64,000 bases of DNA from Actinomycetes bacterium (lineage in GTDB: Bacteria > Actinomycetota > Actinomycetes > Mycobacteriales > Mycobacteriaceae), in the NCBI GenBank assembly GCA_023461275.1, contig JAEYMI010000022.1, forward strand, positions 30,829-94,828, read 5' to 3'. Within the stretch, counting starts at the first letter, position 1. Each line of letters begins with the position of its first letter. The position numbers were made by a program, and so were the translations under genes. Below, in pieces: positions 8,477 through 18,269 of the stretch. Under the pieces are notes generated by a model that saw only the letters and a program-made list of their open reading frames with translations, was not told the origin of the DNA and did no database searches.

Positions 8477-8493
8477 CCGAGAGGGGGCACCAC
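8477..8493. repeat. attR-like 17-bp direct repeat
   Basis: CCGAGAGGGGGCACCAC; identical to the tRNA-Lys 3' end. Confidence 0.85.
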
Positions 8494-8573
8494 GCAGGCA
8501 GCGATGTCGGGTGTTCATTTGGCGTAATCCGCTTTACCCGCGACGGATCCGAAAGCAAAAGTAGGATCCGAGA

Positions 8574-10769
8574 GTGGCTGTGCAGAATTCGCAATCTTCG
8601 ATACTCAAATCACTTCGGGTGTACGACCCGGGCCACACCTGGCTGATTTACGCGACGTCGACGACGATCGCGACGGCGTTGGGGATTCTGGTTGCCCATT
8701 TCGTCATCGCAGCCACCCACGGACCCGACATCCTGCTGGTGACCGGCGGCATCATCGGCATGGTCGCATTCGGCGCGACCGGTGACGTCACCGCGAAGGC
8801 CCGCTGGCTGACGTCGGTGACCGTGATCGTCCCGGCGCTGGCCGCAGCAGCTCTGGCCGTCGTCCTGACGCATCACTCCCCCGCCGAGATCGTCGTAGCG
8901 GTGCCACTGGCCGGATTCGGCATCTGGGTACGACGATTCGGTTGGCGCGGCCTGGCCGTGGGTGGCGTCGTCTTCTTCGCCTACCTGATGGCGATCTTGG
9001 CCATGCGCGAGCCCGGGGCGAACATGCATCAGATCCTCCTCGTCGTCGGAGGCGCGCTTGCCTGCGGTGTGTTTCTGCGGACGGTGATGCTGATCGAGTT
9101 CCCGACACGTCGACTACGGCTTCACCTTCGCCAGTTTCGGGCGTCGTGCGCCGAAGCACTCGAGCGATCCCAACGACCCGGAACCGACGCCGAGATGCTG
9201 GTGCCGGTAAGCCACCTGCCCGACCTCACGCTGGCCATGGACGGATGGCTCCACCAGTTCGACGTCACATCGCTCGGCGTGGACCCGAACAAGCTGCGCC
9301 GCAGTATGTTCGACGCACAGAGCGCAACCGAGCTCGCATGCGAACAACTGCAGTCGCTGACGAGAGCCGGCGTCGATCCGCATGCCGATCCCACCCTCTC
9401 CGACGTCCTCGACACGCTGATGGCACTTGTCCGCGGCGAGCCGTCGAGCCACGACGCCACCGCTGCAGAAGCCCTGGCACGCTCGACGATCGCCACGGTC
9501 GATCCGTCGACTCCGCTCGGCCTGGCAACACTTTTCGTGTCCCGCGCGGTACTGGCACATCTCGACGTCGACGACGCAGCACACGCCGATCCCAAGCCTG
9601 CCGGCCCCAACCCTGCCGATCCCGACCTCGCTGACCCCGACCCGGCCGAAACCGCTCCACCCCAACCTGATTCGACCGATACAGACATCCCGCACCCGGC
9701 CACGCACGCCGCCACCGACACTGCGGCCGTCGTGCGGTGGTGGGATCACATGCGGCCCACCTCCCGGATGGCCATTCAGGTGATGGCAGCGACGGCGATC
9801 GCAGCGGGTGTGGGACAGGCGATGGCGGCCGGACGCTGGTATTGGGCGGTGATGACGACGTTCATCGTGTTCATGACCGCCGCAACCCGGGCCGACGTCC
9901 TGACGAAATCGTCATGGCGCGTAATCGGAACCGTGGTGGGGGTCGCGTTCGGTGCGGTGGTGGCAATCCTGCTCGTCGGTCACCCGCTCCCGCTGTCCAT
10001 CCTCTTCCTGGTCTGCGTGTTCTTCGGCTACTACTATCAGGGCTCCAATAACGGCATTCCCACCATCTTCTTCACCGTTCAGTTCGCGGTCATCTACGCG
10101 CTCTTGGGTTTCCATAACTGGACCCTGGCCTTCGTTCGGCTCGACGAAACCATCGTGGGCGCGATCATCGGCGTGATCTGCGCCTACCTCGTCACGTCGA
10201 AACGATCCGATGGCGCGGTGGCCGCCAGCGTCGACAAATACTTTGCGGCACTTGATCATCTGATCACCTCCTGCGGTGACGCACAGACCACCGCGAATCA
10301 GACGCAACCTGTCGTCGACGCGGCGATCACTCTCGACAACGCGCATCAGGCGGTCCGCTCGACGCTGTCGAACATGGCGGCGGCGATGCTCGTCGGGACC
10401 GGCGCACGACGCCGCGCTCGGTCAGTGCACCTCGACCGCCTCACGCGAAGTGCGCACGTGCTGGCGCAGACATCGGCTGCGCTGTCTGCCGACCCATCAC
10501 TGGTGTACACCGGGTCCGATGCCGAAGTGGTGCGGACTGCGGTCCGTCGGCTGCGAGACGACGCCGAGGACCTCCATCAGATCTATCTGGAACGACAACC
10601 CGCGGCCCCCGCCGAACCACGTGAATCGTTGGCGCAGTTGCTCAGTGGCGTCGACGCGCGACCGGACACCCCCCGCGGGGCAGGCGTCGCGGCGTCGGTC
10701 CGACTGGACCATCTCCTCCGAACGCTTCCGGACACCGTCGCCGCTCCCGCTCTTTCCAGCCGGGAATAA
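8574..10769 (+). CDS. FUSC-family (fusaric acid resistance/aromatic acid exporter-like) membrane protein
   Basis: 731 aa with two hydrophobic halves. The second half contains RWYWAVMTTFIVFMTAATRADVLTKSSWRVIGTVVGVAFG, typical of FUSC/YccS. Confidence 0.8.
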   Translation: MAVQNSQSSILKSLRVYDPGHTWLIYATSTTIATALGILVAHFVIAATHGPDILLVTGGIIGMVAFGATGDVTAKARWLTSVTVIVPALAAAALAVVLTHHSPAEIVVAVPLAGFGIWVRRFGWRGLAVGGVVFFAYLMAILAMREPGANMHQILLVVGGALACGVFLRTVMLIEFPTRRLRLHLRQFRASCAEALERSQRPGTDAEMLVPVSHLPDLTLAMDGWLHQFDVTSLGVDPNKLRRSMFDAQSATELACEQLQSLTRAGVDPHADPTLSDVLDTLMALVRGEPSSHDATAAEALARSTIATVDPSTPLGLATLFVSRAVLAHLDVDDAAHADPKPAGPNPADPDLADPDPAETAPPQPDSTDTDIPHPATHAATDTAAVVRWWDHMRPTSRMAIQVMAATAIAAGVGQAMAAGRWYWAVMTTFIVFMTAATRADVLTKSSWRVIGTVVGVAFGAVVAILLVGHPLPLSILFLVCVFFGYYYQGSNNGIPTIFFTVQFAVIYALLGFHNWTLAFVRLDETIVGAIIGVICAYLVTSKRSDGAVAASVDKYFAALDHLITSCGDAQTTANQTQPVVDAAITLDNAHQAVRSTLSNMAAAMLVGTGARRRARSVHLDRLTRSAHVLAQTSAALSADPSLVYTGSDAEVVRTAVRRLRDDAEDLHQIYLERQPAAPAEPRESLAQLLSGVDARPDTPRGAGVAASVRLDHLLRTLPDTVAAPALSSRE

Positions 10770-10865
10770 GCTGCTCGGAGACGTGACAGCGCAGTCACTT
10801 GTGCTCGCAGCGATCGCGCGGCCGGCATTCAGGGTCCTTCCAGCTGAGGTCGCCATGATCGACCC

Positions 10866-12344
10866 ATGACTGCTGTGACCGAGCCGCCTGCGCTGACCCA
10901 CCCGCCTGCCGTGTCAGGCCCGCAGGCCGATGACGCCTCGTCCGAGCCGACCTCGGGCCGCAGTGTTCCGCGCTGGCTTCGATGGGCCGTGATCGGCGCG
11001 ATCCTCACGGTCGGCTTGGTGATCCGGTATCAGTTCGTCGACGTCACCACGATGGACTACAGCAATTTCATCAGTCGGTGGTATTCGACGCTCGACGAGC
11101 AGGGGTTCTCGGCCTTCAAAACCAGGTTCGCCGACTACAACTATCCCTACCTGTATCTGCTCTGGATGTTGACGGTGACCCACATACCGTCGCTGATCGG
11201 AGCCAAGGCGCTGTCGGTGGCCTTCGACGTCGTGTTGGCGTTCTTCGCATATCGGATTGTGGCGCTTCGGTCGCCGAGTTTCTGGATTCGCGCACTGGCG
11301 TTCGGGCTGATCTTCTTGCTGCCCTCGGTGATTGCCAACAGTTCCTACTGGGGGCAGGCGGACGCGATCTACTCCGCGTGCGCCCTGGGCGGGGTGTACT
11401 TCTTGCTGCGCAGCGATCCGATCACTCGCGGCAACGCGATCTGGGCATGCGTATTCTTCGGTCTGGCAATTAGTTTCAAACTACAGGCCGTCTTCGTTGT
11501 GCCGATTCTATTGTGGCTGTTGGTTCGTCGGGCCATTCCGTGGTACTCACTGCTGGCGATCCCGGCGGTCTTCGTGGCGCTGGAGGTGCCGGCGATCGTC
11601 GCCGGCGCGCCGGTGAGTACTGCACTGTCGGTCTACCTGGATCAGACCGACTCATACAAGTCGCTGACGCTTGGCGCGGCCAATCTGTATCAGCTCATTC
11701 CGATTTCGGGCGACGTCAGCTGGCTCGCGCACCTGGGGATCGCAGCGGCTGCGACCGTCATCCTGGCGTTCCTCGGCTGGTCGGTCTATAAACGCCCTCC
11801 GGTGACCCGCGAGACGATCCTCGTCGTCGCCACCGCGAGCGCAGTGATCGTGCCATTCCTCCTGCCGTCGATGCACGAACGCTACTTCTACACAGCCGAG
11901 ATCCTGACTGTAGTGATGGCGTTCTACCTTCCGATGCGCTACTGGATCATCCCAATCCTGGTGCAGGCAGCCGCGATTGGCGTCTACCACTCCTCGCTCA
12001 GTGGCGAACAAGGACACGGGGGCATGCCAGGACAGGGTGGCGGTCTCCGACCCCAGGGCGACCCGGGTGGTGCCACACCCCCGCAGGGCGGTCAGGGTCA
12101 GGCCGGTTGGGGCCACGGCGCAGGCGGCCCGGGTGGTCAGGGTGGTCAGGGCGGTCAAGGCGGGGGCCCGGGTGGTCATTCAGGCGGAATGCCGGGTTCG
12201 ACGAGCGGTTACAGCTCGGGACGTGGCGATGCCGTACTGAGCGTCTACGCCGCGTTCATGGCCGCGGCCGCGCTCGGGATGATCGCGACGGTCGTGAGTC
12301 GATTGCGCGAGGCCTGGCCGGATCGTCGCCCAGACACGCTCTGA
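10866..12344 (+). CDS. GT-C-fold membrane glycosyltransferase (Gpi18/DUF2029-like mannosyltransferase family) with a Gly/Gln-rich insertion
   Basis: 492 aa and polytopic, with YNYPYLYLLW, SYWGQADAIY, FKLQAV and HERYFY motifs. There is a low-complexity GGQGGQGGQGGGPGG loop before the last TM helix. Confidence 0.65.
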   Translation: MTAVTEPPALTHPPAVSGPQADDASSEPTSGRSVPRWLRWAVIGAILTVGLVIRYQFVDVTTMDYSNFISRWYSTLDEQGFSAFKTRFADYNYPYLYLLWMLTVTHIPSLIGAKALSVAFDVVLAFFAYRIVALRSPSFWIRALAFGLIFLLPSVIANSSYWGQADAIYSACALGGVYFLLRSDPITRGNAIWACVFFGLAISFKLQAVFVVPILLWLLVRRAIPWYSLLAIPAVFVALEVPAIVAGAPVSTALSVYLDQTDSYKSLTLGAANLYQLIPISGDVSWLAHLGIAAAATVILAFLGWSVYKRPPVTRETILVVATASAVIVPFLLPSMHERYFYTAEILTVVMAFYLPMRYWIIPILVQAAAIGVYHSSLSGEQGHGGMPGQGGGLRPQGDPGGATPPQGGQGQAGWGHGAGGPGGQGGQGGQGGGPGGHSGGMPGSTSGYSSGRGDAVLSVYAAFMAAAALGMIATVVSRLREAWPDRRPDTL

Positions 12345-12360
12345 GGTCTACGCTGCACCC

Positions 12361-12717
12361 ATGGAAGTACTACGCCATGTAATAGTTCTGGTGCATCTCG
12401 TCGGCTTCGCCATGACGCTTGGCGCGTGGATCGTCGAACTGACCGCGCGTCGACTTCGTTTCACCAGGCTGATGGACTACGGCCTGCTGGTGATGCTGGT
12501 CTCCGGAGTGATTCTGGCGCTCCCGTGGCCCGAGGGTTTCTCCCCCAACTACGTCAAGATCGGCGTCAAGTTGGCCATCCTCATCGTCCTCGGCGGCGTC
12601 CTCGGCATGGGCAGCGCGCGGCAGCGTCGAACCGGCGAAGCAGTCCCGGCGCCACTGTTCTACGCCGCAGGGCTGTTGACCTTGGCCGCAGCCGCGATCG
12701 CGGTCATCTGGCGCTGA
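12361..12717 (+). CDS. Small integral membrane protein (4 predicted TM helices)
   Basis: 118-aa hydrophobic ORF with high GC3. Confidence 0.65.
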   Translation: MEVLRHVIVLVHLVGFAMTLGAWIVELTARRLRFTRLMDYGLLVMLVSGVILALPWPEGFSPNYVKIGVKLAILIVLGGVLGMGSARQRRTGEAVPAPLFYAAGLLTLAAAAIAVIWR

Positions 12718-12748
12718 GCCGACGCCTCACAGAGCCGACGAGGGTCGG

Positions 12749-13090
12749 TCACGTCGGCGGCGGCAAGGTGACCACCGGGCACGGATAGGTGGCGCCGGGC
12801 GGGTCACACTCGACGTAGGCGCACACACCGCCGGAGTTGAATTGACTGCATTGCATGACCGGCGGCACCCCGTCGAACTCCGGGCCACCACCGGCCCGCA
12901 ACGTGATGGTCACCGAATCGATCGAATCAGCTTCCACATCAACGTATTTCGACAGGATCGCGTTCACTTCCAATAACGCCTCGATGGCCTCGGCCCGCAA
13001 CACCCGCACCCGGTCGCGGTCACTCTCCGATACCGGAACGCCATCCTCGCTCGGTGTCTGCACCGCGCCACGCTCATCTCCACAACACAT
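12749..13090 (-). CDS. Hypothetical Cys-rich protein
   Basis: The ATG at 13090 is preceded by GGAGAA at 6 nt. The product reads MCCGDERG...CSQFNSGGVCAYVECDPPGATYPCP. The ORF track extends to a TTG at 13144. Confidence 0.55.
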   Translation of the reverse strand: MCCGDERGAVQTPSEDGVPVSESDRDRVRVLRAEAIEALLEVNAILSKYVDVEADSIDSVTITLRAGGGPEFDGVPPVMQCSQFNSGGVCAYVECDPPGATYPCPVVTLPPPT

Positions 13091-13234
13091 GATTTCTCCG
13101 ATCGACGATTCTTCCGATCGCCCACATGCGGGGCCTCCCAACAAGAATGGCGCACGCCGGTTACGGTCGCGGCCCGAACGTCGATTTCTGTCGGTTGATC
13201 AATCGATAGCGCTCATCGCGCGGCAGAACCGAGA

Positions 13235-14026
13235 TCACCGGTGCACGGCGATCTCCGATCCGAGCATGTAGCCGGGTGCCAACGGGAGGGTATCGCCGCT
13301 CCAAAAGCGGCCCGGGTCAAACCAATTGGAGTCCTTGTCGTCGGAGACCAGCCCGATTTCGGTGTAGGTGATCGCGACAACCTCGGCGCAGTACGCAGCC
13401 TGCAGGGTGGCTCGGTGCGCCTGGCGTTCGGCTCGACGTCGTCGTACGAGTTTCTCCAGCGGCGGAATACCTCGGACGACGTCGACGCTGCTGGGCACCC
13501 GCCCGCGGAACCACCGGCCGGCCAGTTTCGCCGACGGCGGGAACGGCGTGCCGTCAAGGCGTGCGATCACCCGCAGCAACGCATCCTCCTGCTCACGGGT
13601 CACGTCGGGCGTGAGCTGCCGCAGCCAACAGTCCTGACCGTAGCGATCCATCCACTGCAGCACCGCCTCTCGGCCGTCGTGCAACTGAACGCCACGGTGA
13701 TGGCTGCCGGTCCACATGTCGAGCAGCTTGTCGCCCATCTCGGCGTGCCACAGCAGTGGCGGCAGGTCGTCGATGCCGACGGTCATCGCGACATGATTGA
13801 CCGGCGCGTTGGTCAGCGTTTGAATGGCCCGATCCGGACCCGAGCGTCCTCGGAACAGCCAGACGTCGCCGGTACGGGTGGCCTCGAGCGCTTCGTCGAG
13901 GCTGATGCCATCCCGACCGACCCCATCGCGATCGCCGCCACCCCGATCACCATCGCGGTTCCTGAGCAGTGCCATCAGCAGATCGTAGTCAGCGGTTCCC
14001 GGTCGGTGCCCTCCAGCGCGTTGCAC
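13235..14026 (-). CDS. YiiX/YaeF-like permuted papain-fold (NlpC/P60 superfamily) protein
   Basis: GDVWLFRGRSGPDRAIQTLTNAPVNHVAMTV and a C-terminal YCAEVVAITY fit the permuted Cys/His arrangement. The start is uncertain; an alternative ATG lies at 13975. Confidence 0.5.
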   Translation of the reverse strand: MQRAGGHRPGTADYDLLMALLRNRDGDRGGGDRDGVGRDGISLDEALEATRTGDVWLFRGRSGPDRAIQTLTNAPVNHVAMTVGIDDLPPLLWHAEMGDKLLDMWTGSHHRGVQLHDGREAVLQWMDRYGQDCWLRQLTPDVTREQEDALLRVIARLDGTPFPPSAKLAGRWFRGRVPSSVDVVRGIPPLEKLVRRRRAERQAHRATLQAAYCAEVVAITYTEIGLVSDDKDSNWFDPGRFWSGDTLPLAPGYMLGSEIAVHR

Positions 14027-14042
14027 GCTCTAGGCTCAGGTC

Positions 14043-14225
14043 ATGCGCAACGCGTGGAAGTGGATCGGGCTGGCCGGCGCGGTCGGGGTCGCCGCGGGCG
14101 GCGTTCTGGTGGCCCGCGACCAGCGACAACGCACCGCCTACACCGCCGACGACGTCCGCGAACGGCTCCACGCCCGCTATGCGCAAGCGCAATCCAGAGC
14201 AGCGTCGGAGTCGCCTGACCGATGA
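14043..14225 (+). CDS. Small membrane-anchored protein
   Basis: 60 aa with one TM helix (WIGLAGAVGVAAGGVLVA). The stop overlaps the next start (ATGA). Confidence 0.5.
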   Translation: MRNAWKWIGLAGAVGVAAGGVLVARDQRQRTAYTADDVRERLHARYAQAQSRAASESPDR

Positions 14226-15277
14226 GGTTCTTCGATCCGCTCACCGCGCCCGTCGACCCGGTGACGGCACTCACGCGGATCGCCTGGCTGCTCGAACGTG
14301 ACCGCCAGAGCAGCTATCGTGTCGAAGCATTCCGGAAGGCGGCACGCGCAGCGGCGGAGATCGGTTCCGACGAGCTCACGCGTCGCGCGGAGAACGGTTC
14401 ACTCACCGAGATCTCCGGCATCGGCAAAACCACCGCGACGGTGATCGTCGAATCGATTGCCGGTGAACTACCCGAATACCTTGCTTCACTGCAGAATTCG
14501 ACGCCAGACCCGCCGACGGGTACGGCCGCCGCACTCTACCAAGCCATCGTCGGCGACCTGCACGCACACACCGAGTGGAGCGACGGCGGATCGACCATCG
14601 ACGAGTTGGCCGATGCGGCAACAGCTCACGGACAACAATGGCTGACCATCACCGATCATTCACCGCGCCTGACCGTCGCCAACGGACTCTCACCGGCGCG
14701 CCTGTCCCGACAGATCGACGCCATCGCCGCATACAATGCCGAGCACAACTCGGGCTGCCGGATCCTGACCGGCATCGAAGTCGACATCCTCGACGACGGC
14801 ACCCTCGACCAGTCCGACGAGATGCTCACCCAACTCGACATCGTCACCGCCTCAATACATTCCAAGCTCGCGATGGACCACGCACCGATGACCAAGCGGA
14901 TGGTCGCCGCAGCGAGCAACCCGCGGGTGAACGTCCTCGGGCACTGCACCGGACGTCGGGTGGAGGGCGGGCGGCCACGCAAGCAATCGACCTTCGACGC
15001 CGAAGCGGTCTTCACCGCCTGCCGCGACCACCACACCGCCGTGGAGATCAACTCGCGCCCCGAGCGTCGTGACCCGCCCGACGAACTGATCGAGCTCGCC
15101 CGCGACCTCGGCTGCCTGTTCGCCATCGATTCCGACGCGCACGCCCCCGGACAACTCGACTTCAAGGTGCTCGGCGCCGGGCGTGCCGCCCGGCTGGGCA
15201 TCACCGCCGACCGCATCGTCACCACCTGGCCGGCCGACGACGTGCTCGCCTGGGCCGCAGGCGGCGCACGCGTCTGA
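14222..15277 (+). CDS. PHP-domain phosphoesterase with N-terminal HhH (PolX-like, no polymerase palm)
   Basis: HhH segment SGIGKTTATVI. PHP motifs include GDLHAHTEWSDG, ITDHS, GIEVDI, SIHS, GHCTGR and DSDAH. Confidence 0.8.
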   Translation: MRFFDPLTAPVDPVTALTRIAWLLERDRQSSYRVEAFRKAARAAAEIGSDELTRRAENGSLTEISGIGKTTATVIVESIAGELPEYLASLQNSTPDPPTGTAAALYQAIVGDLHAHTEWSDGGSTIDELADAATAHGQQWLTITDHSPRLTVANGLSPARLSRQIDAIAAYNAEHNSGCRILTGIEVDILDDGTLDQSDEMLTQLDIVTASIHSKLAMDHAPMTKRMVAAASNPRVNVLGHCTGRRVEGGRPRKQSTFDAEAVFTACRDHHTAVEINSRPERRDPPDELIELARDLGCLFAIDSDAHAPGQLDFKVLGAGRAARLGITADRIVTTWPADDVLAWAAGGARV

Positions 15278-15285
15278 TTCGACAC

Positions 15286-17241
15286 GTGGCTGATTCGACG
15301 CCGTTGTTGATTCGACGCGACGGCAGCGCAGTCACCTCGTACAGTCGTCGCAGCAGGTCCCGGGCGGATCAGGCTACGGGCGGACCAGGGCACGGGCAGA
15401 TCAGCGGACGGCCGAATCAGGGTATGGCGAGGAAGCGAACGGTGGACGGACACGTAATCGTATGTGGGTTCTCCGGCATCGGCATGCGCGTCATCGAGCA
15501 ACTCGTCGGGTCGTCCGAGCGCGTTGTTCTCGTGGTGCGCTCGGTTGACCGGGCTCTGGAATCGGCGCTGCGCCGGTGGAACATCGAGCATCATGCCGCG
15601 GTGGTCGGTATCGAGGCGGCACTCGTCGACGCCGGAATCGCCACCGCGCAATCGGTGGTGTGCGTCGAAGATGACGAACTGTGGAATCTGGAGGCCGCAC
15701 TGGTCGCCGGGAAACTGCGGCCCGACGTCCGAGTGATCACCCAGATGGCCAATGCCACCGTGCGAGGCGCGCTGTCCGACGGGGCGGTCCCCGGCTCGAC
15801 CCTCGACATCGCCGACCTCGCCGCACCGTCGGTGATCGAGACGTGTCTGGGAAATCCCTTGTACAACATCGAGATCGATGGCGTGCAGTTCGCCACGGCA
15901 CAGTTGCGCGTCGACCGGAACGCCACGCTGCGTGAGCTATACGGCGATCTGGCGCCCATCGCAGTCAGCGTCGGCGCCGGAGACAACGGCGGAAACGACG
16001 GCAGAAGCGACGGCGGAGGCCCGCAATTGCACGCCTGCCCGGGGCGCGATCTGCCCGTCGAACCCGGCGATGTGGCCACCATGTTCGGCACGCCCGAACA
16101 GCTTGCGGCGCATACGGACTCGTTCGAGTCAGCCGGCCCGGCCGCAGTGACCCCGACGACGGTCCGGCCCGGTCCGATGCGACGTGCCCGGCTGGCGGTG
16201 CGCGCCTTTGTGGAGGACGCCAATCCGAACTTCTTCCGGATGCTCGGATTTCTGTTGTGCCTGTTGACGTTATCGACGTTCATCCTGTGGCTCGGATACC
16301 AGAAGCCGGGTATGTCGGTCCTCGACGCCATCTACTTCAGCACCGAGACGGTGGCCACCGTCGGCTACGGCGACTTCAACTTCGCCACCCAGCCGACGTG
16401 GCTGCGCATCTGGTCGATCCTGCTCATGTTCGCCGGATTGACGACCACCGCCATGATCATGGCGTTCCTCGCCGAACTGCTGGTCTCCCGGCGCCTGTCG
16501 CAATCGATGGGACGTCGTCGGGCGCAACACATGTCAGGTCATGTCGTGGTGATCGGCTTGGGCGCGTTCGGGATTCGGGTGGCCCGCGAGTTGGTGGAGC
16601 GTGGCCGCGAGGTGGTGATCGTCGAACGTAGCGACCATGATCGATACCTCTCGGCGGCGAGCGCACTGGGCATTCCCATCGTTTTCGGTGACGCCACCCT
16701 CCCCGACACCCTGCTCGACGCCGGCGTCGAGAGGGCGTCGAGTGTGGCCGTGCTGACCAGCAACGACATGGTCAATGTGGAGATCGGCATCACCGCGCGC
16801 GGCATCCTCGGCGACAAATGGCTCGACACCGCCGATCGGCACGGCGTGCCGGTGGTGATGCGGGTCTTCGACCGGACACTCGCCGTCGCGGTCACCGAGC
16901 GGTTCGGCTTCCGCAACGTGCGGTCCACCGCCGAACTGGCCGCCCCGTGGTTCATCGGCGCCGCACTCGGCATCGAGGTGCTGGGCACGCTCTCGGTGCG
17001 GTCGCGGTCGTTCATGATCGGACAGCTCCCCATCCGCGCCGGCGGCGGCCTGGAAGGTGTTGCCATGCATCAACTCTCGGCGCACACCCGGGTGGTGGCG
17101 ATCAAGAGATCCGACGGCGCGCTGGAGTATCCACCACGACGCGGCACCAGCTTCGCCGCCGGCGACCGCGCCTACCTGATGGGCCCCTACGAGGAACTGC
17201 TGTCGGTGCTCGAACAGCAGCGACGCGGCGCACAGACCTGA
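15286..17241 (+). CDS. Potassium channel with flanking RCK/TrkA-N domains
   Basis: Selectivity filter TVGYGD. Two Rossmann GxGxxG segments (VCGFSGIG, VIGLGAFG). The start is uncertain; an alternative ATG lies at 15424. Confidence 0.85.
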   Translation: MADSTPLLIRRDGSAVTSYSRRSRSRADQATGGPGHGQISGRPNQGMARKRTVDGHVIVCGFSGIGMRVIEQLVGSSERVVLVVRSVDRALESALRRWNIEHHAAVVGIEAALVDAGIATAQSVVCVEDDELWNLEAALVAGKLRPDVRVITQMANATVRGALSDGAVPGSTLDIADLAAPSVIETCLGNPLYNIEIDGVQFATAQLRVDRNATLRELYGDLAPIAVSVGAGDNGGNDGRSDGGGPQLHACPGRDLPVEPGDVATMFGTPEQLAAHTDSFESAGPAAVTPTTVRPGPMRRARLAVRAFVEDANPNFFRMLGFLLCLLTLSTFILWLGYQKPGMSVLDAIYFSTETVATVGYGDFNFATQPTWLRIWSILLMFAGLTTTAMIMAFLAELLVSRRLSQSMGRRRAQHMSGHVVVIGLGAFGIRVARELVERGREVVIVERSDHDRYLSAASALGIPIVFGDATLPDTLLDAGVERASSVAVLTSNDMVNVEIGITARGILGDKWLDTADRHGVPVVMRVFDRTLAVAVTERFGFRNVRSTAELAAPWFIGAALGIEVLGTLSVRSRSFMIGQLPIRAGGGLEGVAMHQLSAHTRVVAIKRSDGALEYPPRRGTSFAAGDRAYLMGPYEELLSVLEQQRRGAQT

Positions 17242-17247
17242 CCACAA

Positions 17248-17299
17248 CGAACCGTGGGATGCACCGGGCCCGAAATTGTCCGCCTGGTCCCACGGTTCG
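17248..17299. terminator. Hairpin between convergent genes
   Basis: CGAACCGTGGGA ... TCCCACGGTTCG has a perfect 12-bp stem and a 28-nt loop. Confidence 0.4.
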
Positions 17300-17300
17300 G

Positions 17301-18233
17301 CTATGAGCCGGCCGCTGAGACCCGCTCATGGACCGCGTCGACGGCTTCGGTGAACGGCGGGATGAACCATTCGGCTCCGATCACACAGCACGCGTGACCG
17401 CCGTCGACCTCGAAGCGCCGAGCACCGGGGATTCCGTCGACCAGTAGTTGCTGCCGCGTGGGTTCCACCACCCGATCCTTGACCGAGACGACGACCGACG
17501 TCGGTACGTCGATCTCACCCAACCAGTCGCGGGAATCGAAGTCGCCCAAGCCGTCACCGAAGTCACCCATGTGTGACAGCGGCGTTGAAAAGAACTGCCG
17601 CAGAGCCCATACCGCGGTCCGCGAGGTGGGTTCGTCGATCTTCTTCGAGCCCGGCAGTGGCAATCGGTCCAGCTTGCGCATCAGGGCGCCGGTGCGATGT
17701 GCCTGTGCGCGGTGTTCGGGGTTGTTCGTCGAAAAGTACGGCCCGGTGGAACACAGCACGAGCCCGTCGACCCGCTCGGGATGCCGACGCCAGATCAACT
17801 GGGCGATGCCGCCGCCCATGGAGAATCCGGCGGCGGTGAAACTGTCGATGCCGAGTACATCGGCCAGCGCGACGACGTCGTCGGCGCAGTCGTCGAGGCT
17901 GAAGCTCTCCGATTGAATTCCCCGCCCATGCCAGCGCTGATCCATGGTGATCACCCGGTAGTGCTGGTTGAGTACGGGGATCGTCGGATACCAGCAGAGC
18001 AGTCCGGTGGTGAGCACCGAATGCAGCAGGAACACCACCGGTGCATCTCGGGGCCCGGAGTCGGTCACGAATGTCGTACCGCGCCCGTGCAATTCGACCA
18101 TCGACCCTGACGGGAGGTCTCGCACCGGATACGGACGGATCAGGTGTCGGAAGCCGCGGCGCACAGTGCCGACGGCGGAACGGACCCGGATACTCACATC
18201 GTCGAGGTTACGCGCCGACGCGTCGGCGTACAC
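17301..18233 (-). CDS. Alpha/beta hydrolase
   Basis: 310 aa with HG oxyanion motif LLHSV and nucleophile elbow GFSMGG. Confidence 0.85.
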   Translation of the reverse strand: MYADASARNLDDVSIRVRSAVGTVRRGFRHLIRPYPVRDLPSGSMVELHGRGTTFVTDSGPRDAPVVFLLHSVLTTGLLCWYPTIPVLNQHYRVITMDQRWHGRGIQSESFSLDDCADDVVALADVLGIDSFTAAGFSMGGGIAQLIWRRHPERVDGLVLCSTGPYFSTNNPEHRAQAHRTGALMRKLDRLPLPGSKKIDEPTSRTAVWALRQFFSTPLSHMGDFGDGLGDFDSRDWLGEIDVPTSVVVSVKDRVVEPTRQQLLVDGIPGARRFEVDGGHACCVIGAEWFIPPFTEAVDAVHERVSAAGS

Positions 18234-18269
18234 GGCTCACCGGTGAGACATGATCTACGATTCGTCCAA

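Larger units (their letters stand above)
5750..8493. mobile_element. Degraded integrative islet at tRNA-Lys (about 2.7 kb)
   Basis: An exact 17-bp direct repeat, CCGAGAGGGGGCACCAC, occurs at the tRNA 3' end (5750-5766) and at 8477-8493. The interior has visibly lower GC (about 53-55% in sampled stretches) and a truncated tyrosine-recombinase gene. Confidence 0.8.

Noticed and set aside
8143-8518. Minus-strand ORFs 8143-8376 and 8228-8518 in the right part of the islet.
   Set aside because: No RBS or family signal is present. The composition is Arg-rich. One of them runs across the attR repeat. The region is treated as non-coding remnant DNA.
8521-8535. TAATCCGC match to the tRNA-Lys anticodon arm as an alternative islet boundary.
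   Set aside because: Only 8 nt match, with no extension. The exact 17-mer at 8477-8493 is a far better attR.
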